In this document: piece after piece, positions 52,162-60,692 of the stretch
How positions within the stretch are numbered: position 1 is the first letter of the stretch
Layout: each line of letters begins with the position of its first letter
Source: an uncultured bacterium
GTDB taxonomy: Bacteria; Chlamydiota; Chlamydiia; Chlamydiales; CAYWQB01
NCBI GenBank assembly: GCA_964460785.1
Contig: CAYWQB010000001.1
Location: forward strand, 515,234 to 579,233
Direction: 5' to 3'
DNA length: 64,000 nucleotides
Notes under the pieces: model-generated
The model's database searches: none
Seen by the model: the letters and a program-made list of their open reading frames with translations, nothing else
What the model was told of the DNA's origin: nothing
Position numbers and translations under genes: made by a program

Positions 52162-52506
52162 ATGCAGAAAGATAAAACTATTTTTGAAAAGATCGTCGCG
52201 GGCGAGCTTTCATGCGACAAAGTATTCGAGAATGAGCGCATCCTAGCCTTCCACGATATTAGCCCCCAAGCACCTGTTCATATCTTGATCATCCCCAAAA
52301 AGCATTATCAGGGACTTCACGATGTACCAAGTGGTGAAATCAGTATTGTCTCTGAAATTGCAATCGTTGCCCAACAGTTAGCTGAGCAATTTAATATTGC
52401 TGATGGCTATAGACTTTTGACAAATAATGGACAAAAAGCAGGACAAACGGTATTTCATCTGCACTTCCACCTTTTAGGGGGACGCTCTTTATCTACCTTA
52501 GGATAG
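52162..52506 (+). CDS. HIT-family (histidine triad) nucleotide hydrolase
   Basis: 114 aa with the histidine triad HLHFHLLGG. The gene starts 5 nt after the MYG1 stop. Confidence 0.9.
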   Translation: MQKDKTIFEKIVAGELSCDKVFENERILAFHDISPQAPVHILIIPKKHYQGLHDVPSGEISIVSEIAIVAQQLAEQFNIADGYRLLTNNGQKAGQTVFHLHFHLLGGRSLSTLG

Positions 52507-52510
52507 CGCC

Positions 52511-53068
52511 ATGAACTCTCCTCATATTCTGCTTATTGATGCCCAGCCCTCCTTCTTGGAAGAGGCAGAAAATCAATTGGAGTTAGAAGCTAGCCTTAAA
52601 ACTCTCTTAAAAGCAGCTTCTATACTATCTCTTCCTGTTACATACACTGAGCAAAGCCCTGCAGTCCATGGCTCGACGTTAGCAAGCTTTCTTCGTTGGC
52701 TCCCAGCTGAAACTAAGTGCTTTGAAAAAGCCTCATTTTCAGCCTGCAAAACCGAAGATTTTCTCTCTTATACCACAGCTCTTCCCGCTTCTCACTGGGT
52801 GATCTGCGGATTACATGCCCATATTTCCATTCTACAAACTGCTCGAGACTTGCTGAAAAAAGGACATAACGTAACCATCCTCAACGATGGGCTGGGAGCG
52901 CCAAGCTTTTACCAGCTATCAACAGCTATTGCCGAGATGCGAGATTTAGGCGCTCGCATAACCTGTATTGAAAGCTTGCTTTTTGAGTGGATTGAAAATG
53001 ATACGCACCCATCTTACCCTGCTATTTTGGACCTTTGCCGTCCTCGGTGCACAGCTTGCACATGCTGA
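52511..53068 (+). CDS. isochorismatase-family (cysteine-hydrolase fold) protein, YcaC-like, with Ser at the usual Cys position
   Basis: 185 aa. ILLIDAQ supplies the Asp and FEKASFSA the Lys. By-eye alignment places GLHAHISILQTA at the G..T..CV.QTA motif. Confidence 0.7.
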   Translation: MNSPHILLIDAQPSFLEEAENQLELEASLKTLLKAASILSLPVTYTEQSPAVHGSTLASFLRWLPAETKCFEKASFSACKTEDFLSYTTALPASHWVICGLHAHISILQTARDLLKKGHNVTILNDGLGAPSFYQLSTAIAEMRDLGARITCIESLLFEWIENDTHPSYPAILDLCRPRCTACTC

Positions 53069-54728
53069 CCTCAACAAGCAAACCATACGCAACCAACTTA
53101 CACTCGGTTTAGCTAGGCAAGCGGCAGATTCAGCTAAAGCTCTTTATTCTCAAAAGCCCGATGATCTAGAGGTCCAGCAACTTTATATTACCTCTTTAGC
53201 TCGCAGTGGAGCCTCCCAGCAAGCACTCCAACTATGGAAAGCCTGCTCAGCCCATAATGAAAAACCCTTCTACTCTTCTTTAGAAGAAATTTGCTGGGCA
53301 GAGCTGCATGAGGGAGCTCGTCGCTCATCAATTAAAGGTCAATACATCGCTCTATTTGGAGCTGCATCCTCGCAACAGATACGGGCTATTCCCTTACTCA
53401 AGCGCTCTTTAAAAAGCTCAAATCCTTTTTTCCGCTCTCTAGCTGCCCAACTTAGTGCTTACTTAGGAGATGCCCCTCTTCGCAAAGAGCTCTTGCACAC
53501 ATTACAAACAGAGCCCTCTTCAAACGTCCAAGCAACCATTATTGCCACTCTTGGTACATTAAAAGAAAAACAACTCTCTGGCCTCTTACACACCTACCTT
53601 AGTGAACAATATCCACTTGAGGTGCAAGAAGCTGCTGCCTTTGCTTTAGCAAATTTAACTGAAACCCTTTCTGAAAAACAACTGCAAGCCTTAGCTACAA
53701 GCTCTCATTCTGGCTTAAAGCTTGCCGCTTGCTATATTGTGCGTACGAAGGGACTATACAAAGAGCTTTCTCCGATCACTGCTTTACTTGAGGACTCCTT
53801 ACCTTATGTGCAAGAGCAAGCAGCATATACACTGGCCATGGCCCCTTCTTTACCTAAGCAAGCGACAACCTTGCTTTCCTCTCTCCTTCTGCACTCTCCC
53901 AACCTAAAAGTACAAATTACGACAGCTTTTGCACTGGCTAGGCATGGTGATCAAGAAGCGAAAACCTTTCTTCAGGAGATAATCACATCAAAGCACTCTT
54001 TAGAAGAAAAGCTTGCTGCTTTAGGAGCAATTGCATGCCTTGGCCCCCAGTCCATTGACACCATGGAAAGGTTTTTATTAGATAAAGATAGCCCTCCTTT
54101 TATTCGCCTAAACTCTGCCCTCTATCTTTTATACTGGGATGCCCCCTCCTCGTCGGCCATTCAGGAGCTTTCAGAGGCTTTAGGGAATCATTCTCTTAAG
54201 TTAGAAGAAAAATCTATGATTGCTGACTTCTTTCCCGTTTTCAAGGAAAGCGAACAAAGGCATCACCCCTTTATCCCAAACCTCCCTCTAGTGAGCGACC
54301 AGCTTTCTCGGCTGAAGCTCATAGCACTACTCGCCTACCAAGATGACCCTCTCATTATTGAAAGAATCAGCGAATACTTAGAAACTAAACAATGGGGAGT
54401 ATCTTTAACGGCTTCGACTCTTGTACTTCAAGAGCTTCCGATCCAAGCAGAGCATATCCTTCACAAACTACTAGATCACTCTAGTGCAAATATTCGCGCT
54501 CAAGTATCCATCATTCTCGCTGCAATCAATAGAGATCATACAGCCCTAGACACTCTCTATGAGAGCTTTGATGATGTAAATAACGAAACCAAGCTTGCAA
54601 TCATTGAAGCAATAGGTAACCTTGCCTCTACCCAGTCAATTCCTTTTTTGGTACAACAGTTGCAAAATCCCCTTGCTTCCATTCGACTAATGGCTGCAGG
54701 AGCTTTGCTTCGATGCATAAATGGTTAG
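52998..54728 (+). CDS. secreted HEAT-repeat (PBS-lyase type) protein
   Basis: I placed the start at ATG 52998, giving signal peptide MIRTHLTLLFWTFAVLGAQLAHA. There are many HEAT-like repeats (..VQEAAAFALANL.., ..PYVQEQAAYTLAMA.., ..ANIRAQVSIILAAI.., ..ASIRLMAAGALLRC). Confidence 0.7.
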   Translation: MIRTHLTLLFWTFAVLGAQLAHADLNKQTIRNQLTLGLARQAADSAKALYSQKPDDLEVQQLYITSLARSGASQQALQLWKACSAHNEKPFYSSLEEICWAELHEGARRSSIKGQYIALFGAASSQQIRAIPLLKRSLKSSNPFFRSLAAQLSAYLGDAPLRKELLHTLQTEPSSNVQATIIATLGTLKEKQLSGLLHTYLSEQYPLEVQEAAAFALANLTETLSEKQLQALATSSHSGLKLAACYIVRTKGLYKELSPITALLEDSLPYVQEQAAYTLAMAPSLPKQATTLLSSLLLHSPNLKVQITTAFALARHGDQEAKTFLQEIITSKHSLEEKLAALGAIACLGPQSIDTMERFLLDKDSPPFIRLNSALYLLYWDAPSSSAIQELSEALGNHSLKLEEKSMIADFFPVFKESEQRHHPFIPNLPLVSDQLSRLKLIALLAYQDDPLIIERISEYLETKQWGVSLTASTLVLQELPIQAEHILHKLLDHSSANIRAQVSIILAAINRDHTALDTLYESFDDVNNETKLAIIEAIGNLASTQSIPFLVQQLQNPLASIRLMAAGALLRCING

Positions 54729-54739
54729 AGGCATCCAAC

Positions 54740-55933
54740 ATGGATATCAGCATTACGGACAAGATTCATTCTATTCAAACCCACCTACAGAACTTGGGAA
54801 TCGATGGTTGGCTTTTTTATGACTTCTGTCGCTTGAACCCTTTAGCTTACCAAGTACTTGATATTCCAGAGAGTCTGCTTACGACCCGCCGCTTTTTCTA
54901 CTGGGTCCCCGCGAGTGGCGCTCCTATTAAGGTTGTACATCAAGTTGAGCCCTATGTCCTCAACCACCTCCCTGGAGAAACTCTTCTCTATACCCGCTGG
55001 GATGATCTTGAACGTGGATTACAAGCACACCTTCCCTCTCAGGGAAAGGTGGCTATGGAATACTCACCAAATAATATGATTCCCTATGTCTCTTTTGTAG
55101 ATGGAGGTACACTTGAATTTATTCGTAGTCTTGGCGTAGAGGTTGTCACCTCTGCTGATCTTTTGCAGTACTTCACCTCTGTGCTCAGTGATGACCAACT
55201 GAAAACACACCAGGAAGCTGCGACTATTGTAGAAAAAATTGTCGGTGAAGCTTGGGACATGATCAGTCAGTCTGTTAAACAGGGGCATGAACTAACTGAG
55301 TGGCAAGTTCAGCAGTGGATTCTCACTAAGTTTACAGAAAACAATTGTGTGACGAGTGCCTCTCCTATGTGCCTTGTCGATGAACACTCTGCAGACCCTC
55401 ATTATTTCCCTAGTGAGCAAGAGGCAAAAAAAATTACAAAAGGTAGTTATGTACTGATTGATCTGTGGTGTAAGAGGAATAGTCCTGGAGCTATTTATGC
55501 GGATATTACGCGTGTAGGTGTATGTGCGCCCTCCCCTTCTGCAAAGCAGCAAGAGCTGTTTTCTATTGTCCATGAAGCCCAAAAATCTGCGATTCAACTT
55601 ATTCGCTCTCGCCTTAGAAATAAGGACCCATTAATGGGCTGGGAAGTCGATGCATTATGCCGACAGATTATTACTGATGCAGGTTATGGAGACTACTTTA
55701 GCCATAGAACGGGCCATAGCATTGACACCCATGACCATGGCTACGGAGCACACCTTGATAATTTTGAAACACAAGATCACCGCCAAATTTTACCGGGAAG
55801 CTGCTTCTCCATCGAGCCTGGCATCTATCTCCCAGGAGAATTTGGCCTACGCTTAGAGTGTAATGTATATATTTCCCTAGATGGAGATGTGCATATTTCA
55901 GGAGGAGAACAAAAGCAGATGCTGACTATCTAG
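54740..55933 (+). CDS. M24-family Xaa-Pro peptidase (aminopeptidase P/prolidase-like)
   Basis: Metal-ligand blocks YVLIDLW, ADITR, HRTGHSID, FSIEPGIY and LRLECNV. The start is at ATG 54740 (MDISITDK). Confidence 0.85.
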   Translation: MDISITDKIHSIQTHLQNLGIDGWLFYDFCRLNPLAYQVLDIPESLLTTRRFFYWVPASGAPIKVVHQVEPYVLNHLPGETLLYTRWDDLERGLQAHLPSQGKVAMEYSPNNMIPYVSFVDGGTLEFIRSLGVEVVTSADLLQYFTSVLSDDQLKTHQEAATIVEKIVGEAWDMISQSVKQGHELTEWQVQQWILTKFTENNCVTSASPMCLVDEHSADPHYFPSEQEAKKITKGSYVLIDLWCKRNSPGAIYADITRVGVCAPSPSAKQQELFSIVHEAQKSAIQLIRSRLRNKDPLMGWEVDALCRQIITDAGYGDYFSHRTGHSIDTHDHGYGAHLDNFETQDHRQILPGSCFSIEPGIYLPGEFGLRLECNVYISLDGDVHISGGEQKQMLTI

Positions 55934-57563
55934 CAGCCTTAACAGGCTGATACTTTTTTGTTACACTGTCATAAACAAGGTTTTTTAGCTGAGCCTTTGG
56001 ATACGGAGCTGTCAGGCCAATCTCAAGAAACTCCTTCCCTCCATTTAAGTCATTCGACTTTATGTAATCGACATGCTCTGAATAGAGAGAATTTTCAATG
56101 TCGTAGCCTAAGCACTTTGCAGTGAATCTCCCCACTTCATAATGAGTGATATACTCTCTCTGAGGTAAGGCATGAAGCAAAGTCGCGGAATCTATGTTGT
56201 GGAAGACCATAAAGGGGACTTTCAAACAGCTCAACTCTTCATCCAGAAAGTTATGACCCTGCCTTCCTTTTTTCTGTACCGCTTCTCCGTGATCACTCGT
56301 AAAGATTATGCAGTACTCCGATAAATCTGGCAAAATATGCTCTACAGTCTCAACAATCTGCCTACAACTATAATCATAGTAGGCCATGGCATTATCATAG
56401 TGATCCACAACCTCATTATCAGGGAATATTGTGAACCTATCTTGCATATGCGCATAATGCTCCTTGTAAGGGCTATGCAAGTTTCTTTGGTGAAGAATTA
56501 TAAAGTTTGATTCGCCAAGGTCAATCCTGTTTAGCTTTTCCAAAAGAAGTTCTTCTGTTCCTACTGAAAAGCTTTCAGCAGAAAAATAATCTAAACTTTC
56601 CAGACCTGCATAGCAGAAAACCCTTGGCCGCTGAAGTGACAGTAGATATGTATTATATCCATTTTGCTTTGCTAACCTAATCAGGTTAGATTTGTAGTCT
56701 TTATTTTTAAATGCATGATCCCCTGGAAGCAAAGAAAGGTTAAGCAAAAATTGCATGGATGAAAATGTGGAAGGAGAGGCAGCCAACCCTTTTCTGAATA
56801 AAAAGCTTGAAGACTCTTTTTGAGAAGAAAGCCAAGGAGTTGTATCCCTTTCATAGCCATAAAGAGACATATGATCAGAGCTACAACTTTCTCCTATCAC
56901 AAGCACGACATTTTTAATTAACTTTCTCGACAGATGAGCTGTTTGCTCAGGATAGCTAACCTTTACTTGGTCAAATAAAGGAGAAGTAAAAGCTACATAT
57001 CCATTAAACAGCGAGCTCTTGAAAAAGTCATTACGTACCAAAGGACTCAGCCGTCCTTTAACTCCAAGACTCACAAAGCTAATACAGATAAGGGTTAAAA
57101 GAGCTCCATGTATAACTCGCTTCTTACTCAAAACCAAAAGAGTAGAAGCTTTCATCATGAGCTTGTAAATCGAAAACCAGCACCCAAACCAAATCAATGG
57201 CACATAATATACATCCCGCAAATATGAGATCCGAAATACCTCGCCTGGTTCAGCGATGAACTCTAAGAGATCTGCTGAACCAACAAATGTACCAAAGTAA
57301 GCCAATCCCACTAGCTGAAGTAAGGAAGGTAAAGAAAAAGCAGCTAACCAAAAAAATAGATACTTTCTTGATCCTGCTGTCATGAGGATCAATACAGGCA
57401 AAAAGTTATAGATTAGGTCTTCCGGCTTATAAAAGCGTGTTAAGAGAGGGTTATCGAAACCCAGCTTGACCCAATGAACAACTGCATCTTGAAGCTGCAT
57501 CAAAAAAGTACCAAGCATAAGAGTCAAAGCCCATAGACTGGCCTTCAAAAACATACTACGCAT
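55926..57563 (-). CDS. membrane-anchored sulfatase-fold transferase (EptA/LptA-like phosphoethanolamine transferase)
   Basis: 545 aa with about 5 N-terminal TM segments. The periplasmic domain carries VLVIGESCSSDHMSLYGYERDTTP and FTSDHGEA. Confidence 0.75.
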   Translation of the reverse strand: MRSMFLKASLWALTLMLGTFLMQLQDAVVHWVKLGFDNPLLTRFYKPEDLIYNFLPVLILMTAGSRKYLFFWLAAFSLPSLLQLVGLAYFGTFVGSADLLEFIAEPGEVFRISYLRDVYYVPLIWFGCWFSIYKLMMKASTLLVLSKKRVIHGALLTLICISFVSLGVKGRLSPLVRNDFFKSSLFNGYVAFTSPLFDQVKVSYPEQTAHLSRKLIKNVVLVIGESCSSDHMSLYGYERDTTPWLSSQKESSSFLFRKGLAASPSTFSSMQFLLNLSLLPGDHAFKNKDYKSNLIRLAKQNGYNTYLLSLQRPRVFCYAGLESLDYFSAESFSVGTEELLLEKLNRIDLGESNFIILHQRNLHSPYKEHYAHMQDRFTIFPDNEVVDHYDNAMAYYDYSCRQIVETVEHILPDLSEYCIIFTSDHGEAVQKKGRQGHNFLDEELSCLKVPFMVFHNIDSATLLHALPQREYITHYEVGRFTAKCLGYDIENSLYSEHVDYIKSNDLNGGKEFLEIGLTAPYPKAQLKNLVYDSVTKKYQPVKAAR

Positions 57564-57606
57564 TTCTTCCCTAAACTTTTACCGAGAGAAAACAATACCT
57601 TAATGC

Positions 57607-57635
57607 TTGATTTTTAAGCTAATATCTCATATAAT
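57607..57635 (+). promoter_or_regulatory. near-consensus sigma70-type promoter upstream of the TyrP-like permease
   Basis: TTGATT (57607-57612), a 17-nt spacer, then TATAAT (57630-57635). This lies about 120 nt upstream of ATG 57755. Confidence 0.55.
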
Positions 57636-57754
57636 ATTCTTTTAATTTTATTTAAAATACTCATGAGTCACTTAGCTTTTATCAAATTTCGACGGCGAAA
57701 CTCCTAATTTTCCCTATACGCTATTTTAAAAAGTTGAAAATTTCGGAGTAACTC

Positions 57755-58981
57755 ATGAACAAATCACAAGCATCTTTATGGCAGGTTCTCTCTGCCTCTT
57801 TTCTTATTGCAGGAACCTGTATTGGTGGAGGCATGCTAGCCTTACCTGTCACCTCTGGTCAGTCCGGTTTTTTACCCTCCGTTTTGATGATGGTCGTCTG
57901 TTGGGCTTACATGTGCATTACAGGACTATTAATTGCGGAAGCAAGCTTCTGGCTCAAAGATAAAAATGCACATATGTCTTCTATTTGCTCTCATTTTTAT
58001 GGGAATACGGGGAAGTTTCTTGCGTGGGCTATTTACCTATTTATCGGTTATGCTTCCCTTGTCGCTTATATCGATGGAGCTGGAAAAATTCTAACAAACA
58101 GCTTGAACCAGTGGATGCCTATCCTTGCAGATACTCCCTTCACTGGACCGATCTTGTTTTCACTCTTCTTTGGTTCCCTACTCCTTCTTGGAGGTAAGAA
58201 AGTTGAGAACATCAACTCTATATTATTTATTGGCCTATTAATTTCTTATGGCATGATCCTATTCACAGGGTTTCATGAGGTTGAACTTGACTACCTTGCT
58301 TATAGCAACTTCAGCCAAGCACATATCTCTTTTCCTATTTTACTTACGGTTTTTAGCTATCAGGCGATCGTCCCAAGCTTGCCCAACCTATTGAACCGCA
58401 ACCCTCAAGCAGTACGCAAGAGCATTGTAATTGGTACTCTGTTAGCTCTTGTTGCCTATGCAGTTTGGCAAATTATCATTCTAGGGTCTATTCCTTATGA
58501 AGGAGAACACAGCCTTACAACAGCATTTGAGCAAGCACTACCAGCAACAGAAATTTTAAGCGTCTCCCCAAAAGTTCATAAGTATTTAGCCGCCTTCTCT
58601 AGCTTTTTCTCTTTCTTTGCGATTGTTACCTCATTTTTAGGAATTGCCCTTGGGCTATATGACTTTTTAGGAGATGGCCTGAAGATCTCAAAAAAGGGTT
58701 GGGGCAGCTTTATGCTTGTCCTACTTGTTGTGATCCCTAGCTGTATCATAGCCTTATCATTTAAGCGTGTTTTTCTACTTGCAATGGACTGGACCGGAGG
58801 GTTTGGAGACTCCATCCTGAATGGGATTTTACCTGCTTTAATCGTATGGAAAGCATGTTACTTCATGAAGTTAAAATCAGGGTTACAATGGCTGAGTTCT
58901 CGCCTTACTCTAGTTTTAATCCTAGCTTTCTCGCTGATGGTGATTTTCATTGAGTGCAATAGTATCTTTAATCTCTTGTAG
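57755..58981 (+). CDS. tyrP: aromatic amino acid permease (HAAAP family, TyrP/Mtr-like)
   Basis: 408 aa and 11 TM segments. The N-terminal block FLIAGTCIGGGMLALP is typical of TyrP/Mtr/TnaB. GGAG lies 6 nt upstream. Confidence 0.85.
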   Translation: MNKSQASLWQVLSASFLIAGTCIGGGMLALPVTSGQSGFLPSVLMMVVCWAYMCITGLLIAEASFWLKDKNAHMSSICSHFYGNTGKFLAWAIYLFIGYASLVAYIDGAGKILTNSLNQWMPILADTPFTGPILFSLFFGSLLLLGGKKVENINSILFIGLLISYGMILFTGFHEVELDYLAYSNFSQAHISFPILLTVFSYQAIVPSLPNLLNRNPQAVRKSIVIGTLLALVAYAVWQIIILGSIPYEGEHSLTTAFEQALPATEILSVSPKVHKYLAAFSSFFSFFAIVTSFLGIALGLYDFLGDGLKISKKGWGSFMLVLLVVIPSCIIALSFKRVFLLAMDWTGGFGDSILNGILPALIVWKACYFMKLKSGLQWLSSRLTLVLILAFSLMVIFIECNSIFNLL

Positions 58982-60119
58982 ATAAAATTGTACGGATAGC
59001 GCTCTCTAAACTTTCTGCATCATACATGGTGTATGACTGAGTGGCAGTTTCTGCTGCCACTTGGATACACTTGATTGATGCTGGCACCCCCCTCCCCAAA
59101 GAAACCTCTCCGCTTTCTGTATAAAGCAAGTGCGTCACACACTTCTCTAGTTGAGGTAGGTCTTCTTGGAACTCTCCTAACGCTCTCTGAATTGTTGTGA
59201 TGAAATCTCCTGCATCAAGCCCCATTGTTTCCCGGTCATGATATGTGTTCAACATCAACACCTTTTGGGCAGAACTTTTAATAAGCGCTCCAGCCACCTC
59301 TCTTGGTATGAGGCAAGGGACAATACTCGTCCATAATGACCCCACTCCATATAGAATCAGATCTGCTTGCCTAATCGCTGATAGAATCGCTGGATTCACT
59401 TTAGGAAGTGCAACATTCCTTGCACCGTCTAAGTAAGCAACTTTTTTAACCCGGCTTTGTAAAGGTTGACTTCCTTCTTTCAGCACTTGGCACCCACTGC
59501 CTGGGTGAGAGATAGAGCTTTGCCCATAAAGGGTTTCTCCATTTTCAAGGATAGCAGATAGAGCAAGGGAGTGATCACAATCGAAAATGGGTAAGACTTC
59601 TGTCTCCATAGGAATGGAGACAACACTCGAGTAAATAAAAATAGGTGTTGTGAGTGATCCAAAAAAAAGTCGTGCTCCGGTAAAGAAAAAATTCCCAATA
59701 CTCCCATTGCAAAGATCAAACTGCTGATTCACTTGACAGAGGCGTTTTTCTTCAAACAGAGACAAAAAGCGGTGGACGAGCCCTCGCAAAGGAATTTTAA
59801 TTTTCTCCCATAAAGGGTGCTGTAAGCTAAGAATGACCTGCCACTCTTGCAGTGCCTTCTGGGCATCTGCTGCATCTAGCCGAAACTCTAAAAGGGACTT
59901 GAGGGCTTGATCACTTGAGGAGGTCACCTCTGACAACCTGGTAAGCGTTGAGCGAATATCTCCAATACTAGGCCCTCCGAGTACACGTGTAATCTCGCGA
60001 CTACTCCCTCCATCATCTGAAACAGGCAAAACATAGCTACTTTTTGGGAAGGCTTGGTTAAAGGACGGCAAGTAGTAATTAAATGCAGTCCCTCCCTTAA
60101 ATACGATGATCTTTGGCAT
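58968..60119 (-). CDS. YvcK/CofD-family (UPF0052) protein
   Basis: 383 aa. The blocks IIVFKGGTAFN and LPVSDDGGSSREITRVLGGPSIGDIRSTL match the GGGTG...DDGGSSG...PGDIRN signature of the 2-phospho-L-lactate transferase/YvcK fold. Confidence 0.7.
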   Translation of the reverse strand: MPKIIVFKGGTAFNYYLPSFNQAFPKSSYVLPVSDDGGSSREITRVLGGPSIGDIRSTLTRLSEVTSSSDQALKSLLEFRLDAADAQKALQEWQVILSLQHPLWEKIKIPLRGLVHRFLSLFEEKRLCQVNQQFDLCNGSIGNFFFTGARLFFGSLTTPIFIYSSVVSIPMETEVLPIFDCDHSLALSAILENGETLYGQSSISHPGSGCQVLKEGSQPLQSRVKKVAYLDGARNVALPKVNPAILSAIRQADLILYGVGSLWTSIVPCLIPREVAGALIKSSAQKVLMLNTYHDRETMGLDAGDFITTIQRALGEFQEDLPQLEKCVTHLLYTESGEVSLGRGVPASIKCIQVAAETATQSYTMYDAESLESAIRTILSTRD

Positions 60120-60207
60120 ACCTTCCCTATAGCTTTGTCACTTGAAAATTAAGAGGGTAGCAGCAAAAATGCTCCCTCATTTTTTTATAATTAAGCCAGG
60201 CGAACAT

Positions 60208-60687
60208 ATGCATCCCCTACGAGCCTTTCAAGCTTTTTTTTCATCTCTATTTGGCAAAGATCAACCTTCTAAGCTTCCTACAGAGCCTTCTCTCAAAGCT
60301 AAAAAAGATCTCAACCACTTAAGGCTCCTCTCTCTTTTGCAAGAAGAAGGTCGATTAATTGACTTTTTGCAGGAAGACCTAAGTGCCTACTCAGATGAGC
60401 AGGTAGGAAAAGCCATTCGCTCTGTTCATGAGAAGTGCAAAAAGCGCCTTGATGAACTTGTGACGATTCGTCCTATTTTTAGTGAGCAAGAGGGAGACTC
60501 TGTGAGCATTCCAGAAGATTATGATATGCAAAATATCAAGCTTGTAGGAAACCCCAAAGCAAAGCCTCCCTATCAAGGGATCTTACGTCATAAGGGGTGG
60601 AAAGCACACAAGCAATCACTTCCTGAAGTTCTTGGCTCTCACAACCCCGAAGTCATTCATCCAGCAGAAATTGAGATTGGAGGATAA
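60208..60687 (+). CDS. DUF2760-like protein
   Basis: 159 aa from ATG 60208 (the track start at 60142 is a TTG). The blocks LRLLSLLQEEGRLIDFLQEDLSAYSDEQVGKAIRSVHE and PYQGILRHKGWKA match my recollection of the DUF2760 family. Confidence 0.6.
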   Translation: MHPLRAFQAFFSSLFGKDQPSKLPTEPSLKAKKDLNHLRLLSLLQEEGRLIDFLQEDLSAYSDEQVGKAIRSVHEKCKKRLDELVTIRPIFSEQEGDSVSIPEDYDMQNIKLVGNPKAKPPYQGILRHKGWKAHKQSLPEVLGSHNPEVIHPAEIEIGG

Positions 60688-60692
60688 GCTTT

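Noticed and set aside
57663-57707. The 14-codon uORF in the tyrP leader, considered as an attenuation leader peptide.
   Set aside because: It has only two Phe codons, no Tyr or Trp run, no SD and no obvious alternative terminator/antiterminator pairing. It is mentioned in the findings but not called as a feature.
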